Positions 20,738 to 31,225 of a DNA stretch of 64,000 bases are shown piece by piece (position 1 is the stretch's first letter; each line of letters begins with the position of its first letter). The DNA is taken from the NCBI GenBank assembly GCA_963737155.1, contig CAVTRN010000001.1, positions 1,472,001-1,536,000 on the forward strand, in the 5' to 3' direction. The notes below the pieces were generated by a model. The model did no database searches and had not been told where the DNA came from. It saw only the letters and a program-made list of their open reading frames with translations. A program made the position numbers and the translations under genes. The stretch is from Nitrospirota bacterium (lineage in GTDB: Bacteria; Nitrospirota; UBA9217).

Positions 20738-21901
20738 ATGAAGACAATCCCGACCATAAGTGATGGGAGTCCAACCTACGGGATTTTAACGACTGTTATA
20801 AGTGTAACCTTGCTCGCTCTTATAGCGACATTAATCTTGCCTGGTATTATTGCATCAATCGGGAAGGTATTTTATTATAAAGATTTAGCAAACAAAATCC
20901 CTGTAGAAATTGAGAAAAAGTTGGTAGCTTACGATTCGGCTACTAAACGACTCGATGAACAAATGACAAACATTGATGCTCTTCTTGAGAACCCGGCCAA
21001 GCTTGAAGCAGACCAGATTACATCATTGCTAGAATTGAGGCGGGATATTGAAAAACGTAAAAAAGAAAGCATTCCGCCCGTATCAATAATACCGTTCTAT
21101 TTGAATCCTCAGATGCTTTTATGGCCTGCCATATATACGAGCCTTGGCTGGATGGTAACCGCGTTTAGGCCAAACAGAGATTTTTCCGCTATACGAGATC
21201 GGACGCGTAGCTGGTTAATATTGACCTCTATGATTTATATTCTGTATGAGTGGCCATTGTGGATGCGCAATCTAATTGTCTATAAGGAGGGGCGAACAGT
21301 TTTTGCCTACCCAAACCTGGATATACATATTTATTCATTTCTTGGACAAGAAGGTATTATTCTCGGCTTTTGCGCGTTGTTATCAGCCTTGTGGTTACAA
21401 TGGATCAATGCATTTAACGACACAACAGAGCAAACTCGTGCATTAGCTGCAGATTCGACGTATTATGTTGCATGTGCAGATACACTTGACGGTCTAAGCA
21501 GGGCTTTTCTCATGTGGCAGTTTTTGTCTGTTGTTCTAGCTTCTGGATTTTTATTCTTTACTAATTTTTTCTGGGAACTGGTTGCTAAGTACCATGATCA
21601 GCGATACCTTGTATCTGCAATACTTTCGCATTTCCTATGGGCAGTGTCATGGCTTATGATTTCATTACCACTTTTAGTTCGCTGGAGGATATGGGTTCAA
21701 GCAAAAAACAGTGTTTTAGCAGAAATGATAGACAGCAGGCCTTATCATACAAGATTTAGAAGACAATCCGGAGGGATGGACATCAATTCACGCATTTCAC
21801 TAATTTCTAATCTCAAACCCCTGAGCGGATTGGGCGTGTCTGTTTCTGGCCTTACGGCTGCAATATCCTTCATTCTGCCCTTGCTAAAGATGGTCATTTA
21901 A
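20738..21901 (+). CDS. Multi-TM membrane protein, hypothetical
   Basis: 387-aa ORF with about 7 hydrophobic segments. Confidence 0.7.
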   Translation: MKTIPTISDGSPTYGILTTVISVTLLALIATLILPGIIASIGKVFYYKDLANKIPVEIEKKLVAYDSATKRLDEQMTNIDALLENPAKLEADQITSLLELRRDIEKRKKESIPPVSIIPFYLNPQMLLWPAIYTSLGWMVTAFRPNRDFSAIRDRTRSWLILTSMIYILYEWPLWMRNLIVYKEGRTVFAYPNLDIHIYSFLGQEGIILGFCALLSALWLQWINAFNDTTEQTRALAADSTYYVACADTLDGLSRAFLMWQFLSVVLASGFLFFTNFFWELVAKYHDQRYLVSAILSHFLWAVSWLMISLPLLVRWRIWVQAKNSVLAEMIDSRPYHTRFRRQSGGMDINSRISLISNLKPLSGLGVSVSGLTAAISFILPLLKMVI

Positions 21902-22187
21902 CAGTTTCCTCGACATCATAGCATTTCGCACTCTAGTTCTTCACAATCCCTAGCCGAGTTAACAACCTAGATTCCATCAGCGTCCCCGATCTTCTTCAGG
22001 CGGGCGATCTCAATATTATTATTAAGCTTATTCATAGTATTAAAAACTTCATATAGCGGATAATTTAATTACTCGTCCATGTTGTCAATCTATTTTATAA
22101 AATATTCGGGGCATTCATAAAAAAGAATAATTCTGACTAAAAATGGAAATCCATTAAACTACCAAAAAATAATGCAACTATCTTTAA

Positions 22188-24171
22188 CCCAAGTTCCGCA
22201 ATTGCGACCGATTTTTAACTTTTTTGTGGGTCATTGAAGTGATAACTCCCTGATTGCATTACGCCTGATCTTTGAAAACTGCATGTAGTGCAGAAAACCC
22301 CCTTGCGAGGGGGAATACATCTTGGCATAATGGCGACATGTACTTGCGTCGTCAGAACAAAAAGAGCGGCGGTGTCACCTATGAAACGTGGACGCTTGTG
22401 GAGACAGTCCGAACAATCCGTGGTCCGCGTCAGCGAATCGTGGCGACAATCGGAAAGCTTCCTGGTTTAGACACTGAAGAGAAGGTCGGCTGGGAGGAGG
22501 TCGGAAGGATACTGAACGGCAAGCCCCGGTCTACCCTGTCTCTTTTTGAGAAAACACCGGAAGTTCCGGAGTGGGCCACCGTAAACCTTCGCGGTGTCCA
22601 GGTGGTACGGCTCCGGCACTTCGGAGACGTGTATCTTGGGCTTGTGCTCTGGCATCGCTTCGGGCTCATGGAGTTTTGCAGGGAACACATACCCGAAGGT
22701 CGTGAGGAGATCCCCTGGTCGGTCATGGCGACAGTGCTCACACTCGCCCGGTTCTGTGCCCCGTCGTCGGAGCTTCAGATAGCCGAATCGTGGTACGCAA
22801 AGACCGCCCTCGACGATCTTCTGGGCGTGTCCACCGACAAGATCAATGACGACCGGCTGTATCGTGCGCTTGACGCACTTCTTCCGCACAAAGACGCCTT
22901 GTGCCGACACTTGCAGAATCGCTACGGAGAGCTTTTCGGAACCACGTTCGATTTTCTCATCTACGATGTCACCTCAAGCTACTTTGAGGGCAGTGGAAAA
23001 CACAATACCAAGGCCAGACGAGGATACAGCCGAGATGGCCGTCCCGACTGCGTCCAAGTTTGTATCGGCCTCGTGACCAGCGCAGAGGGTCTACCTCTCG
23101 CCTACGAAGTCTTTGATGGCAACCGGCCTGACGTGACCACGGTCGAGGACATCATCGATATCATGGAGACCAGATATGGCAAGGCCCAGCGGGTGTGGGT
23201 CATGGACCGGGGCATGGTGAGCGAAGAGAACCTGGAAACCTTAAGAACAAAAGGCGCACACTACATCGTTGGCACCCCAAAGGCCATGCTCAAAAAGTTT
23301 GAGCGCGAGCTAACAGAAACCGGGTGGGAAGAGGTCCAGCCAGGAGTCGAGGTCAAGCTCTCCGCATCGCCGGAAGGAACGAACGAAACTTTTGTCTTGT
23401 GCCGATCCGAGGGCCGCAAAGAAAAGGAGCAGGCCATCCTGAACCGCTTCATCACCAGAATGGAGACGGGGCTTGCCAAGCTCAAGGAACAGGCGGAAAA
23501 AAGCAAAAGACCAGATCGGCAAAAGGTAGAGCGCAGGATCGGGCGTCTCCTTGAGCGAAACAGCCGTGCAGCCGCGCTTTTTGATGTTACGGTGGAAGAA
23601 CAACAAAGCGGAAATGGTCCGAGGCTCCTCGTCAAGATCAGAAAAAACGAAGACCGTGCTGAATGGGCGCTTCATACGAGTGGTAACTACTTGCTCCGGA
23701 CCAACTGGCAAAGCCGTGATCCGAAGGAACTCTGGAAGCTCTATATCCAGCTAACTCAGGCAGAGGACGCCTTCCGAACCACTAAGAGCGATCTGGGGCT
23801 GCGACCAATCTATCACCAGACCACAGAGCGTACCGATGCCCATATCCTGGTTTGCTTCCTCGCGTTAGCCATGTGGCGGACACTGCAACAATGGATGGAA
23901 TGCTCGGGCTTGGGCACTGCGCCGAGAAAACTTCTGGAAGAGCTACACGAGATCAGATCGCTTGACGTCTTACTTCCGGCAAAAGATAAAACGATCCGGC
24001 TGCGGACGGTATCCAAAGTACCGCAACCGCTAAGGATATTGCTTCAGCGGCTTGCTTTACCGATTCCGAATCAACCGAAAATAGTTAAAAATGTAGTGCA
24101 GAATTTAGCGGTTTAAGAAGATCAACTTGTTGATTTATCAAAACTTTGATTTTTTAACTGCGGAACTTGGG
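22188..24171 (+). mobile_element. IS1634-family insertion sequence
   Basis: Terminal IRs CCCAAGTTCCGCA / TGCGGAACTTGGG. TTAA flanks on both sides. Confidence 0.9.
22338..24116 (+). CDS. IS1634-family DDE transposase
   Basis: YDVTSSYFEG, GYSRDGRPD, VMDRG, EDAFRTTKSDLGLRPIYH. Confidence 0.93.
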   Translation: MYLRRQNKKSGGVTYETWTLVETVRTIRGPRQRIVATIGKLPGLDTEEKVGWEEVGRILNGKPRSTLSLFEKTPEVPEWATVNLRGVQVVRLRHFGDVYLGLVLWHRFGLMEFCREHIPEGREEIPWSVMATVLTLARFCAPSSELQIAESWYAKTALDDLLGVSTDKINDDRLYRALDALLPHKDALCRHLQNRYGELFGTTFDFLIYDVTSSYFEGSGKHNTKARRGYSRDGRPDCVQVCIGLVTSAEGLPLAYEVFDGNRPDVTTVEDIIDIMETRYGKAQRVWVMDRGMVSEENLETLRTKGAHYIVGTPKAMLKKFERELTETGWEEVQPGVEVKLSASPEGTNETFVLCRSEGRKEKEQAILNRFITRMETGLAKLKEQAEKSKRPDRQKVERRIGRLLERNSRAAALFDVTVEEQQSGNGPRLLVKIRKNEDRAEWALHTSGNYLLRTNWQSRDPKELWKLYIQLTQAEDAFRTTKSDLGLRPIYHQTTERTDAHILVCFLALAMWRTLQQWMECSGLGTAPRKLLEELHEIRSLDVLLPAKDKTIRLRTVSKVPQPLRILLQRLALPIPNQPKIVKNVVQNLAV

Positions 24172-24215
24172 TTAAGATAGAGATAACATCTCTCTGAGAA
24201 CAAAGGAGGACCACC

Positions 24216-24390
24216 ATGGCAAAAGCACTCAGGAAACCACATCTCGTAGCAAAGGTTTCAGAGAAGGCTGGCATCACCAAGAAGGCAGCGCACGATCTCA
24301 TGCAGTTCATCGTAGAGACAGCCTACAAGGAAGCGAAGAACTCTTTCACCTTCCCGAGCTTAGGCAAGCTCGTCCTGGTTAACCGTATGT
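24216..24390 (+). pseudogene. Truncated HU-family DNA-binding protein
   Basis: AAGGAGG RBS. ...AGITKKAA...AYKEAKNSFTFPSLGKLVLVNR, then HU homology is lost before the arm. Confidence 0.7.
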
Positions 24391-24732
24391 TGTCTCCCGA
24401 ATTAACCCAGTCGTAACTCCCCTGTCTAATTCAGAATAATCCAACCCATCTTTTCATTATTTCAGATTATAATAGCCGCGCTTCTAAGGAAGAAGAAGGT
24501 ATATCTATATCGATGGGTACATGGGATGACAAGCAAGTAATTGGGATCAGGTGGAACGGAAAATCCAGAAAAGACTTTGGGTAACCCTCAAGCTACTGGC
24601 TACCCAACGTGGTTTATCTTACCTCATGAACTCGGCATTTCTGTTGTAAAAGATCTAATTATAAAAGAAGCCACGGGTAATTCATATATCCGCCATGGTA
24701 GTTTACCAAAAGCAGTAATTTGGCTCAAATAA
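24387..24732 (+). pseudogene. Decayed hypothetical gene (IRWNG...GNPQ..GYPTWFILP family)
   Basis: Motif pieces split by a stop and a frameshift. Confidence 0.4.
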
Positions 24733-24798
24733 ATTTCTAAAATTACCAATCGACTGTATAGGTAGTTTACAGACGTACATTATCCGGGGAGAATTAAC

Positions 24799-24827
24799 TT
24801 GACAGATCTACGCTCATAATATAGGAT
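24799..24827 (+). promoter_or_regulatory. sigma70 promoter of the R-M operon
   Basis: TTGACA-17nt-TAGGAT. Confidence 0.65.
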
Positions 24828-24854
24828 ATAATTATACTTTAAAAAGTATAATTA

Positions 24855-25049
24855 ATGACTATAAAAAGACTTAATATAGTACAATTTGGTACCAATTCTT
24901 TGCAGAAGGGTGATAGGATAAAAATACCCGAGCCACTTCTTCAAACGCTTAATATCGTTCAAGGACAATTGATTCACATTTCTCTCGATGTAGAAAGTCA
25001 GCAAATTATATTGAAAGCGGTGAAAAAAAATGGGAAAAAGAATAAATAA
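24855..25049 (+). CDS. AbrB/MazE-like small DNA-binding protein
   Basis: RIKIPEPLLQTLNIVQGQLIHISLD swapped-hairpin pattern. Overlaps the R-M gene start. Confidence 0.6.
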   Translation: MTIKRLNIVQFGTNSLQKGDRIKIPEPLLQTLNIVQGQLIHISLDVESQQIILKAVKKNGKKNK

Positions 25050-27456
25050 CAAAAAAATAGCTACACACACTCCACGCACTACGGAAGTAGATGCATACCT
25101 TTTCATCAAAAACAATCTAAAGCTACGCGGGTGGGACATTCGCAATCCAGATCGTAATACGGGTGGTCAAGTTTACACTCAGAATGAATGCCTTGCCCAT
25201 CCCGCGATACATGCCGCACTTAATAAAGATCGACCTGAAAATATAGTTATGTTGACAGAAAAAAAGGTCTGGGTTATAGAAGCTAAAAAGTCGCACAAAC
25301 AAATTGACGATGCTGTTTCAGAGGCTGAGGAGTATGCTCGACGTATTAATGACAATGGACAACTGTCAACAAAGTTTATTAGTGGTGTTGCAGGCAACTC
25401 CGAAGATGGATTCATTATAAAAACCAAAATGCTTGTTGATGGTCGTTACATGCCCGTCAAGATAAATGACGTAGAGATTACGTCACTCTTGTCAAGGAAC
25501 GAATGCATAAAGCTGATAGACTCGGGATTTCCAAGCCTTGATAATCCACCTATTGATGAAAAACTTTTTCTGTCACGAGCCGACTATATCAACGAAGTTT
25601 TACACATTGGAGCCGTGAACCCGCATCAGAGAGCAAACGTAATGTCAGCGCTATTGTTATCAATGCTTGGCGATACGATGCCCAATATAGAGGAACGCCA
25701 GGCCTCGGTATTGATCGGAGATATCAACGGCCGCGTTAAAGCCGTTCTCAAAGCTCAAGGCAAGGAAGGGTTCTATGACTACATTAGGATCGCACTTCCT
25801 TCAACAGCAGATAACCATGTCAAGTTCCGAAAGGCCATGGTCGAAACTATTCAGGAGCTGAATAATCTTAACATCCGATCCGCGATGAATTCAGGAGAAG
25901 ATTGGCTTGGAGCTTTCTATGAGGTTTTCTTAAAATATGCAAACTGGGCTCAGGATCTGGGAATCGTCTTGACTCCGCGGCATATCACGACTTATATAGC
26001 TGATGTGATGGACATACTACCAACCGATATCATCTATGACCCCACATGCGGGACAGGTGGATTTCTAGTAGCGGCTTTTGATTCCATAAAGAAAAAGTCT
26101 ACACCTTCTCAGTTGAAAAAATTTAAAAATAATTCCGTTTTTGGAATAGAACAAGATGCAGGCGTGGCGGCGTTGGCCGTCGTAAATATGATATTTCGCG
26201 GTGATGGCAAAAACAATATTGTTGAAGGAAATTGTTTTTCAAAGTATCTCAAGCCAAGCAATTCATATTCTGCCAAGTACACCAAAAAAGAAAGCGCAAA
26301 TCCACCAGTTACAAAAGTAATGATGAATCCACCGTTTTCTCTGAAAGGCTCTAAACAAAAAGAGTTTGATTTTATTAACCACGCGCTTAAGCAGATGAAA
26401 GATAACAGTATATTGTTTTCCGTTTTGCCATACGCTGCAATGGTCAAGCCAGGAAGATATAAAACGTGGCGTCAGAACACGTTACTTCTAGAGCATACTC
26501 TGTTATCAGTTATCACCTTTCCTGGAGATCTTTTTTATCCTGTGGGTGTTCATAGTGTTGGAATATTTGTCAAAAAAGGTGTGCCACATCCTCAGGGACA
26601 ACAGATACTCTGGGTAAGGGCTTTGAATGATGGCCTTGTTAAATCTAAAGGCAAGAGACTACCTAGTAGTCGCGTTCCAAATGACCTTGAGGTCATAAGG
26701 GATACTTTGCGTCAATTTTTGCATAATCAGAGCATGAAGGTTTCGAGCCGCCAACAGTTCGTCAAAAAGGCTTCATTATCATCGGACGATGAACTTGTGG
26801 AACTGGTGCCAGAGGCTTATTTAAAGCAGGCGAAACCGGATTCCGACGCTATCTTAAAGAAAGTCGAGCAAGAAGAGCGCAACATCTTGGCTTACCTGAT
26901 AAAAAATAACAAAATCACTTTTTTTGGGAAAAGAATAGTTCCTGATCCAAAAAAACGAAATAGAAGCATTCGACGCTGGAAATCTTTTAACGTTACAGAT
27001 ATATTTGATGTCTCTCGAGGCGACTTCCATTCTATTGCCGCCTTGGACGCTGGCAAATATCCTACAATATCTCGTGTCAGTACAGATAACGGTTTGGTGG
27101 GGTTCTTTGATAAACCACAAGGTGCAACACTCTATAAACCTGGGACTATAACTATCTCAACAGTAACTGGCGATGCCTTTATTCAGCCAGTTTCATTTAT
27201 TGCTACAGACAATGTTTTACTTTGCGTCCCAAATAAAGAATACGAATCTCTTAGCTCAGCAAGCCTCTTGTTTATAAATGTTATGTTGAATGAAGTGAAA
27301 TGGCGGTATGGCTATGGCAGGCAACCTTATCTGGCGAAGTTTAAGATCACGGAAATCATGCTGCCCGTAGATAATGCGGGTGCGTTAGATGAAGATTATA
27401 TGGACAATGCTGTGAAATCGGTACCAATATGGACATTGATTAAGAATTTTTTTTAA
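25030..27456 (+). CDS. Type IIG/BcgI-like restriction-modification enzyme (endonuclease, N6-adenine MTase and specificity domain in one chain)
   Basis: PE...VIEAK nuclease motif, YDPTCGTGGFL (motif I), MNPPF (motif IV), C-terminal HsdS-like TRD (KWRYGYGR). Confidence 0.88.
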   Translation: MGKRINNKKIATHTPRTTEVDAYLFIKNNLKLRGWDIRNPDRNTGGQVYTQNECLAHPAIHAALNKDRPENIVMLTEKKVWVIEAKKSHKQIDDAVSEAEEYARRINDNGQLSTKFISGVAGNSEDGFIIKTKMLVDGRYMPVKINDVEITSLLSRNECIKLIDSGFPSLDNPPIDEKLFLSRADYINEVLHIGAVNPHQRANVMSALLLSMLGDTMPNIEERQASVLIGDINGRVKAVLKAQGKEGFYDYIRIALPSTADNHVKFRKAMVETIQELNNLNIRSAMNSGEDWLGAFYEVFLKYANWAQDLGIVLTPRHITTYIADVMDILPTDIIYDPTCGTGGFLVAAFDSIKKKSTPSQLKKFKNNSVFGIEQDAGVAALAVVNMIFRGDGKNNIVEGNCFSKYLKPSNSYSAKYTKKESANPPVTKVMMNPPFSLKGSKQKEFDFINHALKQMKDNSILFSVLPYAAMVKPGRYKTWRQNTLLLEHTLLSVITFPGDLFYPVGVHSVGIFVKKGVPHPQGQQILWVRALNDGLVKSKGKRLPSSRVPNDLEVIRDTLRQFLHNQSMKVSSRQQFVKKASLSSDDELVELVPEAYLKQAKPDSDAILKKVEQEERNILAYLIKNNKITFFGKRIVPDPKKRNRSIRRWKSFNVTDIFDVSRGDFHSIAALDAGKYPTISRVSTDNGLVGFFDKPQGATLYKPGTITISTVTGDAFIQPVSFIATDNVLLCVPNKEYESLSSASLLFINVMLNEVKWRYGYGRQPYLAKFKITEIMLPVDNAGALDEDYMDNAVKSVPIWTLIKNFF

Positions 27457-27759
27457 AGTCAACGATGTTAGTCGTACATACCTGCAGCCCATCGCGCGTT
27501 TCGCGGAACGCCGTTCGCAGAAATCAGCGGACATAGACTGAAACGTGGGATAGTCTCAACCTCCGCCGCTAGATGAAAGCAGCCATGCTTTTAACCAGCC
27601 TTTTAATATCCTTCCTCTTTCTTAAATCGAGAGTAACATCTATGAGGCGTGCCATATGCTGTTTGTGAACTTTGAGCCTTCTTTCTTTAAATATGTTATC
27701 GTCCCTTTCACTTCTTCAACCGTGACATTCTTTATTGAAATTATGGGGTTGGGTTCGCA

Positions 27760-28407
27760 CTAAAGTTCAGTTAACCCCTCGCGTATAGCAAACTTCGTGA
27801 GTTCTGCAATACTATGGATATTAAGTTTCTCCATAATCTGCTGTCGATGGAATTCGGCCGTTTTTATGCTTACCTGAAGCACCGATGCGATGTCTTTTGT
27901 TTTCTTGCCTTCGGACAATAGTTGCAAAACCTCGCGTTCCCTTGCCGTAAGGATAGATAATATTGAGAGTTCCTCTTTGGATATACGAGACACATAATCT
28001 TTAACAACAATATCCGCAATCTTCGGGCTAAGGTATGTACGGTTAGATGCCACGACCTGTATGGCATGGATGACTTCGTCAAAAGCACAGTCTTTCAAAA
28101 GGTACCCAGTAGCGCCGGCGTTGAGTATTTCAAGGATCACACGCCGCTCAGTATGCATTGAGAGTGCTATAATTTTTGAGTCGGCACTTGACGTTAGTAT
28201 CTGACGGGTAGCCTCTATACCGTTAAGCCCTGGCATGGAAATATCCATAATAACAATATCGGGTAACAATTTAGTTGTTAGCTGCACAGCAGTCCGCCCA
28301 TCCTCGGCTTCAGCTACCACGGTCATGTCCGGTTGTTCCTTAATTAATGACCGGAGACCTTCGCGCATCAACTTATGATCATCGGCAAGAACAATTTTAA
28401 TGCCCAT
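27760..28407 (-). CDS. NarL/FixJ-family response regulator (REC plus LuxR HTH)
   Basis: LADDH, MDISMP, GYLLK, LTAREREVLQLLSEG...HRQQIMEKL. Confidence 0.95.
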   Translation of the reverse strand: MGIKIVLADDHKLMREGLRSLIKEQPDMTVVAEAEDGRTAVQLTTKLLPDIVIMDISMPGLNGIEATRQILTSSADSKIIALSMHTERRVILEILNAGATGYLLKDCAFDEVIHAIQVVASNRTYLSPKIADIVVKDYVSRISKEELSILSILTAREREVLQLLSEGKKTKDIASVLQVSIKTAEFHRQQIMEKLNIHSIAELTKFAIREGLTEL

Positions 28408-28433
28408 TACGGATCCTCCTATTACCTGTTTAT

Positions 28434-30284
28434 TTATAATTTTATCGGTGATACCAGAATTACCTTCGTGCCAGCACCCGCTTCCGTTTCGATCTCACAA
28501 TACCCTCCCATCCGTTTCATGCGGTCGCGTATAGTGAACAGTCCAAACCCTTTATTCTTCCTGACAGCTGATACTGTGTCAAAACCGATTCCATTATCCG
28601 CAACGGTAATCATAATATTGTTGTCTGTTCTAGTGAAAGACATCATAACGGTATCTGCTTTCGAATGTTTGACGACGTTTACGATCAACTCTCTAACACA
28701 TCTGAAAAGAAGATAACGAGCATTGTCATCTATTGGTTTGGGCTGGCCATCATCCTCGACTATGACTTGTATACCGTAAGTCCTTTCGAACCCTTCCGCG
28801 AGATCTTCAACAGCTTCCTTAAGACCAAGTTCAACCAAAACAGGGGGGCTGAGCTCGACCGTCAATGACCTCGTGTGTTGAATTGTCTGTTCAATAATTT
28901 TACGTAGTTCCTCCACTTGCCCTATTGATTCAGAAGACGAGAGAGATCTCCGAAGCATGCCCAGTTTGAAATTCAGCGCCAACAGATTTTGACCCACAAA
29001 ATCATGCAGGTCTGCAGCTATTAGATTGCGCTCCCGTTCTTCGATCCGCGATTCAAAGGATAACATTTCGGATGTTACAGAATGGAGCTCCTTTTGATAA
29101 GTGCGAATTTGATCCTCCATTCCTTTTCGTGCAGTAACATCACGGGCGATAATTAATACTGCCTGGAGGCCAGTGAAAACAAACGGGGATACGGACATTT
29201 CTACATCCAATGTTGTCCCATCTAATTTGAGAAGCTTTGCTTGGAGAAGAGGAGGAATTGTGCCAAATTCCTGGACCTGTTGAATGCGCTTCCATATATA
29301 GTCTCTGTCTTTCTCGTTTATATGGTTCAACATTTGCTGCCCCAAGAGCTGAGAAGAATCTAGTGCTCCCAGAAGCTTAGCTCCCGATGTGTTTATAAAC
29401 ATTAAATTATCGTCATGCTGCACGTAGATGCCATCCGGCGAGAGTTCGACTAGTCTGCGATAGCGTTCTTCACTATCGCGCAACGAATTTTCCGCATGCC
29501 CACGCGCGACAATCATTGCATTGAAGGCAGCAGAGAGGTTTCCAACCTCATCAGTTGTTTCAACGGGCAACGGGTTGATTGGCAAACCTTTTTCAAAAGC
29601 TTTTACATCTTCGGTAAGTGTTTTCAATGGGCTTGTAACCTTTTTTACTAGCAAGTGGATAATGGTGATACTGGCGATGATAAAAATAACCATTATGACG
29701 ACATTTTGTTCAACGACGGAGGCAATCTCGTGTCGATAGGTATCCTTACTCAGTGTAATGCTAACGTATCCTATTATTTTTGCTGGTTGAGCCGCCGTAG
29801 GAGCATTTAAATAAAGCGTTTCGTCTACTTGTGCCGCAGGTTGTAATACGACTGGCTTGACGAACTCGAAAGTATCCTGTGTCTCCACGATGCTTAGCGA
29901 ACCAGTAAAATCATGCTTGTCTACAGAGTTATCGCCTGTTGTAGCCAGACTTGAAACGGAGGATGTTTTACGCTTGCTGTAGAGAACTTTCGCATTAGAG
30001 TTGTAAATTGTTATGGATAAGACATCTTGCAGACCGATAACGTCTGTTGCGATATCTTTCAACATTTCCTCATTTTCCGCAAAAACACCCACTGTTGCTC
30101 TTTTCGAGAGAAGTCTCACAAGGATTTCCCCCCGGTCCCTCAGGTACTTCTTTTCTTTATTGCCTTCTCGGACGACTGAAAACAGGGTTTGTGCAGTCAA
30201 TACGAAAATAATTACGATAATGACTGAGAATACAATTCGGAAGCCCAGGTTTTCTTTAAAAGTGCGATAAACTTTCTTATTCAA
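28434..30284 (-). CDS. Membrane sensor histidine kinase (periplasmic domain, HAMP, PAS, HisKA_3, HATPase)
   Basis: Two TMs, DEVGNLSAAFNAM, PAS, ERERNLIAADLHD, DNGIGF, GFGL. Confidence 0.93.
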   Translation of the reverse strand: MNKKVYRTFKENLGFRIVFSVIIVIIFVLTAQTLFSVVREGNKEKKYLRDRGEILVRLLSKRATVGVFAENEEMLKDIATDVIGLQDVLSITIYNSNAKVLYSKRKTSSVSSLATTGDNSVDKHDFTGSLSIVETQDTFEFVKPVVLQPAAQVDETLYLNAPTAAQPAKIIGYVSITLSKDTYRHEIASVVEQNVVIMVIFIIASITIIHLLVKKVTSPLKTLTEDVKAFEKGLPINPLPVETTDEVGNLSAAFNAMIVARGHAENSLRDSEERYRRLVELSPDGIYVQHDDNLMFINTSGAKLLGALDSSQLLGQQMLNHINEKDRDYIWKRIQQVQEFGTIPPLLQAKLLKLDGTTLDVEMSVSPFVFTGLQAVLIIARDVTARKGMEDQIRTYQKELHSVTSEMLSFESRIEERERNLIAADLHDFVGQNLLALNFKLGMLRRSLSSSESIGQVEELRKIIEQTIQHTRSLTVELSPPVLVELGLKEAVEDLAEGFERTYGIQVIVEDDGQPKPIDDNARYLLFRCVRELIVNVVKHSKADTVMMSFTRTDNNIMITVADNGIGFDTVSAVRKNKGFGLFTIRDRMKRMGGYCEIETEAGAGTKVILVSPIKL

Positions 30285-31212
30285 CGATATTCCTCTGGGT
30301 CAATAAGTCGTCAGCTATCTTTAATCCCATTTTGGCCGCCACCTTGATATTAATAGAAAGAGTTGACTTTCGTGCATAAACGCGAATAGCACTCGAATTG
30401 CCCGCTAATATCTTGTTAGCAATTTCAGAGGCTTGTACGCCCATGTCATAAGGATCAATATCCAAGGCAGCTATGGCCCCCATTTCGACATACTTCCTTG
30501 AAAAAGAAAATATCGGGATGTGATACTGGAAAGAAAAATTAAGCAGATAGTCGACCATCTCCGGCGTAACAACTGTTGGATCCGGCAACATCCAGTAAAC
30601 GTCTACCTTCCCCCTTAATCCGCTCAATACGCTTGGTATTTTAGAGGGGTCGCTGACAGCACTTGTTATAAGTTCTAGCCCTGCCGCATGAGCAACTTTT
30701 GATGCCGCGTCGACAAAAGAGGCTGTATTTCGTGGATCATATAGAAGTCCAATTCTTTGTGCCTTGGGGAACACTTTCATGATGGTGGCTATGTAGGTTT
30801 CTGGAGAGATGTCCATGCTCACGCCCGAAATGTTCGAATTTAAAGGGAGGGGTGTTTCCCATGGCACAACCATAGTATAAATGATCGGGAAATTCCTAAT
30901 CGCCTTGACTTTATTGAATGACGCCGTTCCAATAGCCATGATGATTTTGGGTGAGTCATGAATAACTGCTTCTATTCCTTCTCCATCCTGAAGCTTTACT
31001 TCGGGCACTTTGCAGCCACAAGCATCCTCGAAACCGCGAAGAACATCCCTGTAAGGTTTCAGATCGGCGGTTTTAACAGCGATTACTTCGCTCGCAAAGG
31101 TTTGCATGGAGTAACCTGCAGTAAAAGTCGCGAAAGCTGCCAGGGCAAGAAGAATAGCCGTTATTCGAGATAATTTATGTGGGGATAAGGTAGCCATGAA
31201 TGGTGGGTACAA
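30277..31212 (-). CDS. ABC-type periplasmic substrate-binding protein with no cognate permease
   Basis: Signal peptide, RIGLLYDP, WMLPD, GAIAAL, INIKVAAKMGL. Confidence 0.85.
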   Translation of the reverse strand: MYPPFMATLSPHKLSRITAILLALAAFATFTAGYSMQTFASEVIAVKTADLKPYRDVLRGFEDACGCKVPEVKLQDGEGIEAVIHDSPKIIMAIGTASFNKVKAIRNFPIIYTMVVPWETPLPLNSNISGVSMDISPETYIATIMKVFPKAQRIGLLYDPRNTASFVDAASKVAHAAGLELITSAVSDPSKIPSVLSGLRGKVDVYWMLPDPTVVTPEMVDYLLNFSFQYHIPIFSFSRKYVEMGAIAALDIDPYDMGVQASEIANKILAGNSSAIRVYARKSTLSINIKVAAKMGLKIADDLLTQRNIVE

Positions 31213-31225
31213 TGCGGTTTAATAA

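Noticed and set aside
22288-24016. Multiple overlapping ORFs within IS1634 (similarly within IS256, ISL3 and the RHS genes)
   Set aside because: These are shadow frames of long GC-richer genes with no RBS or motifs.
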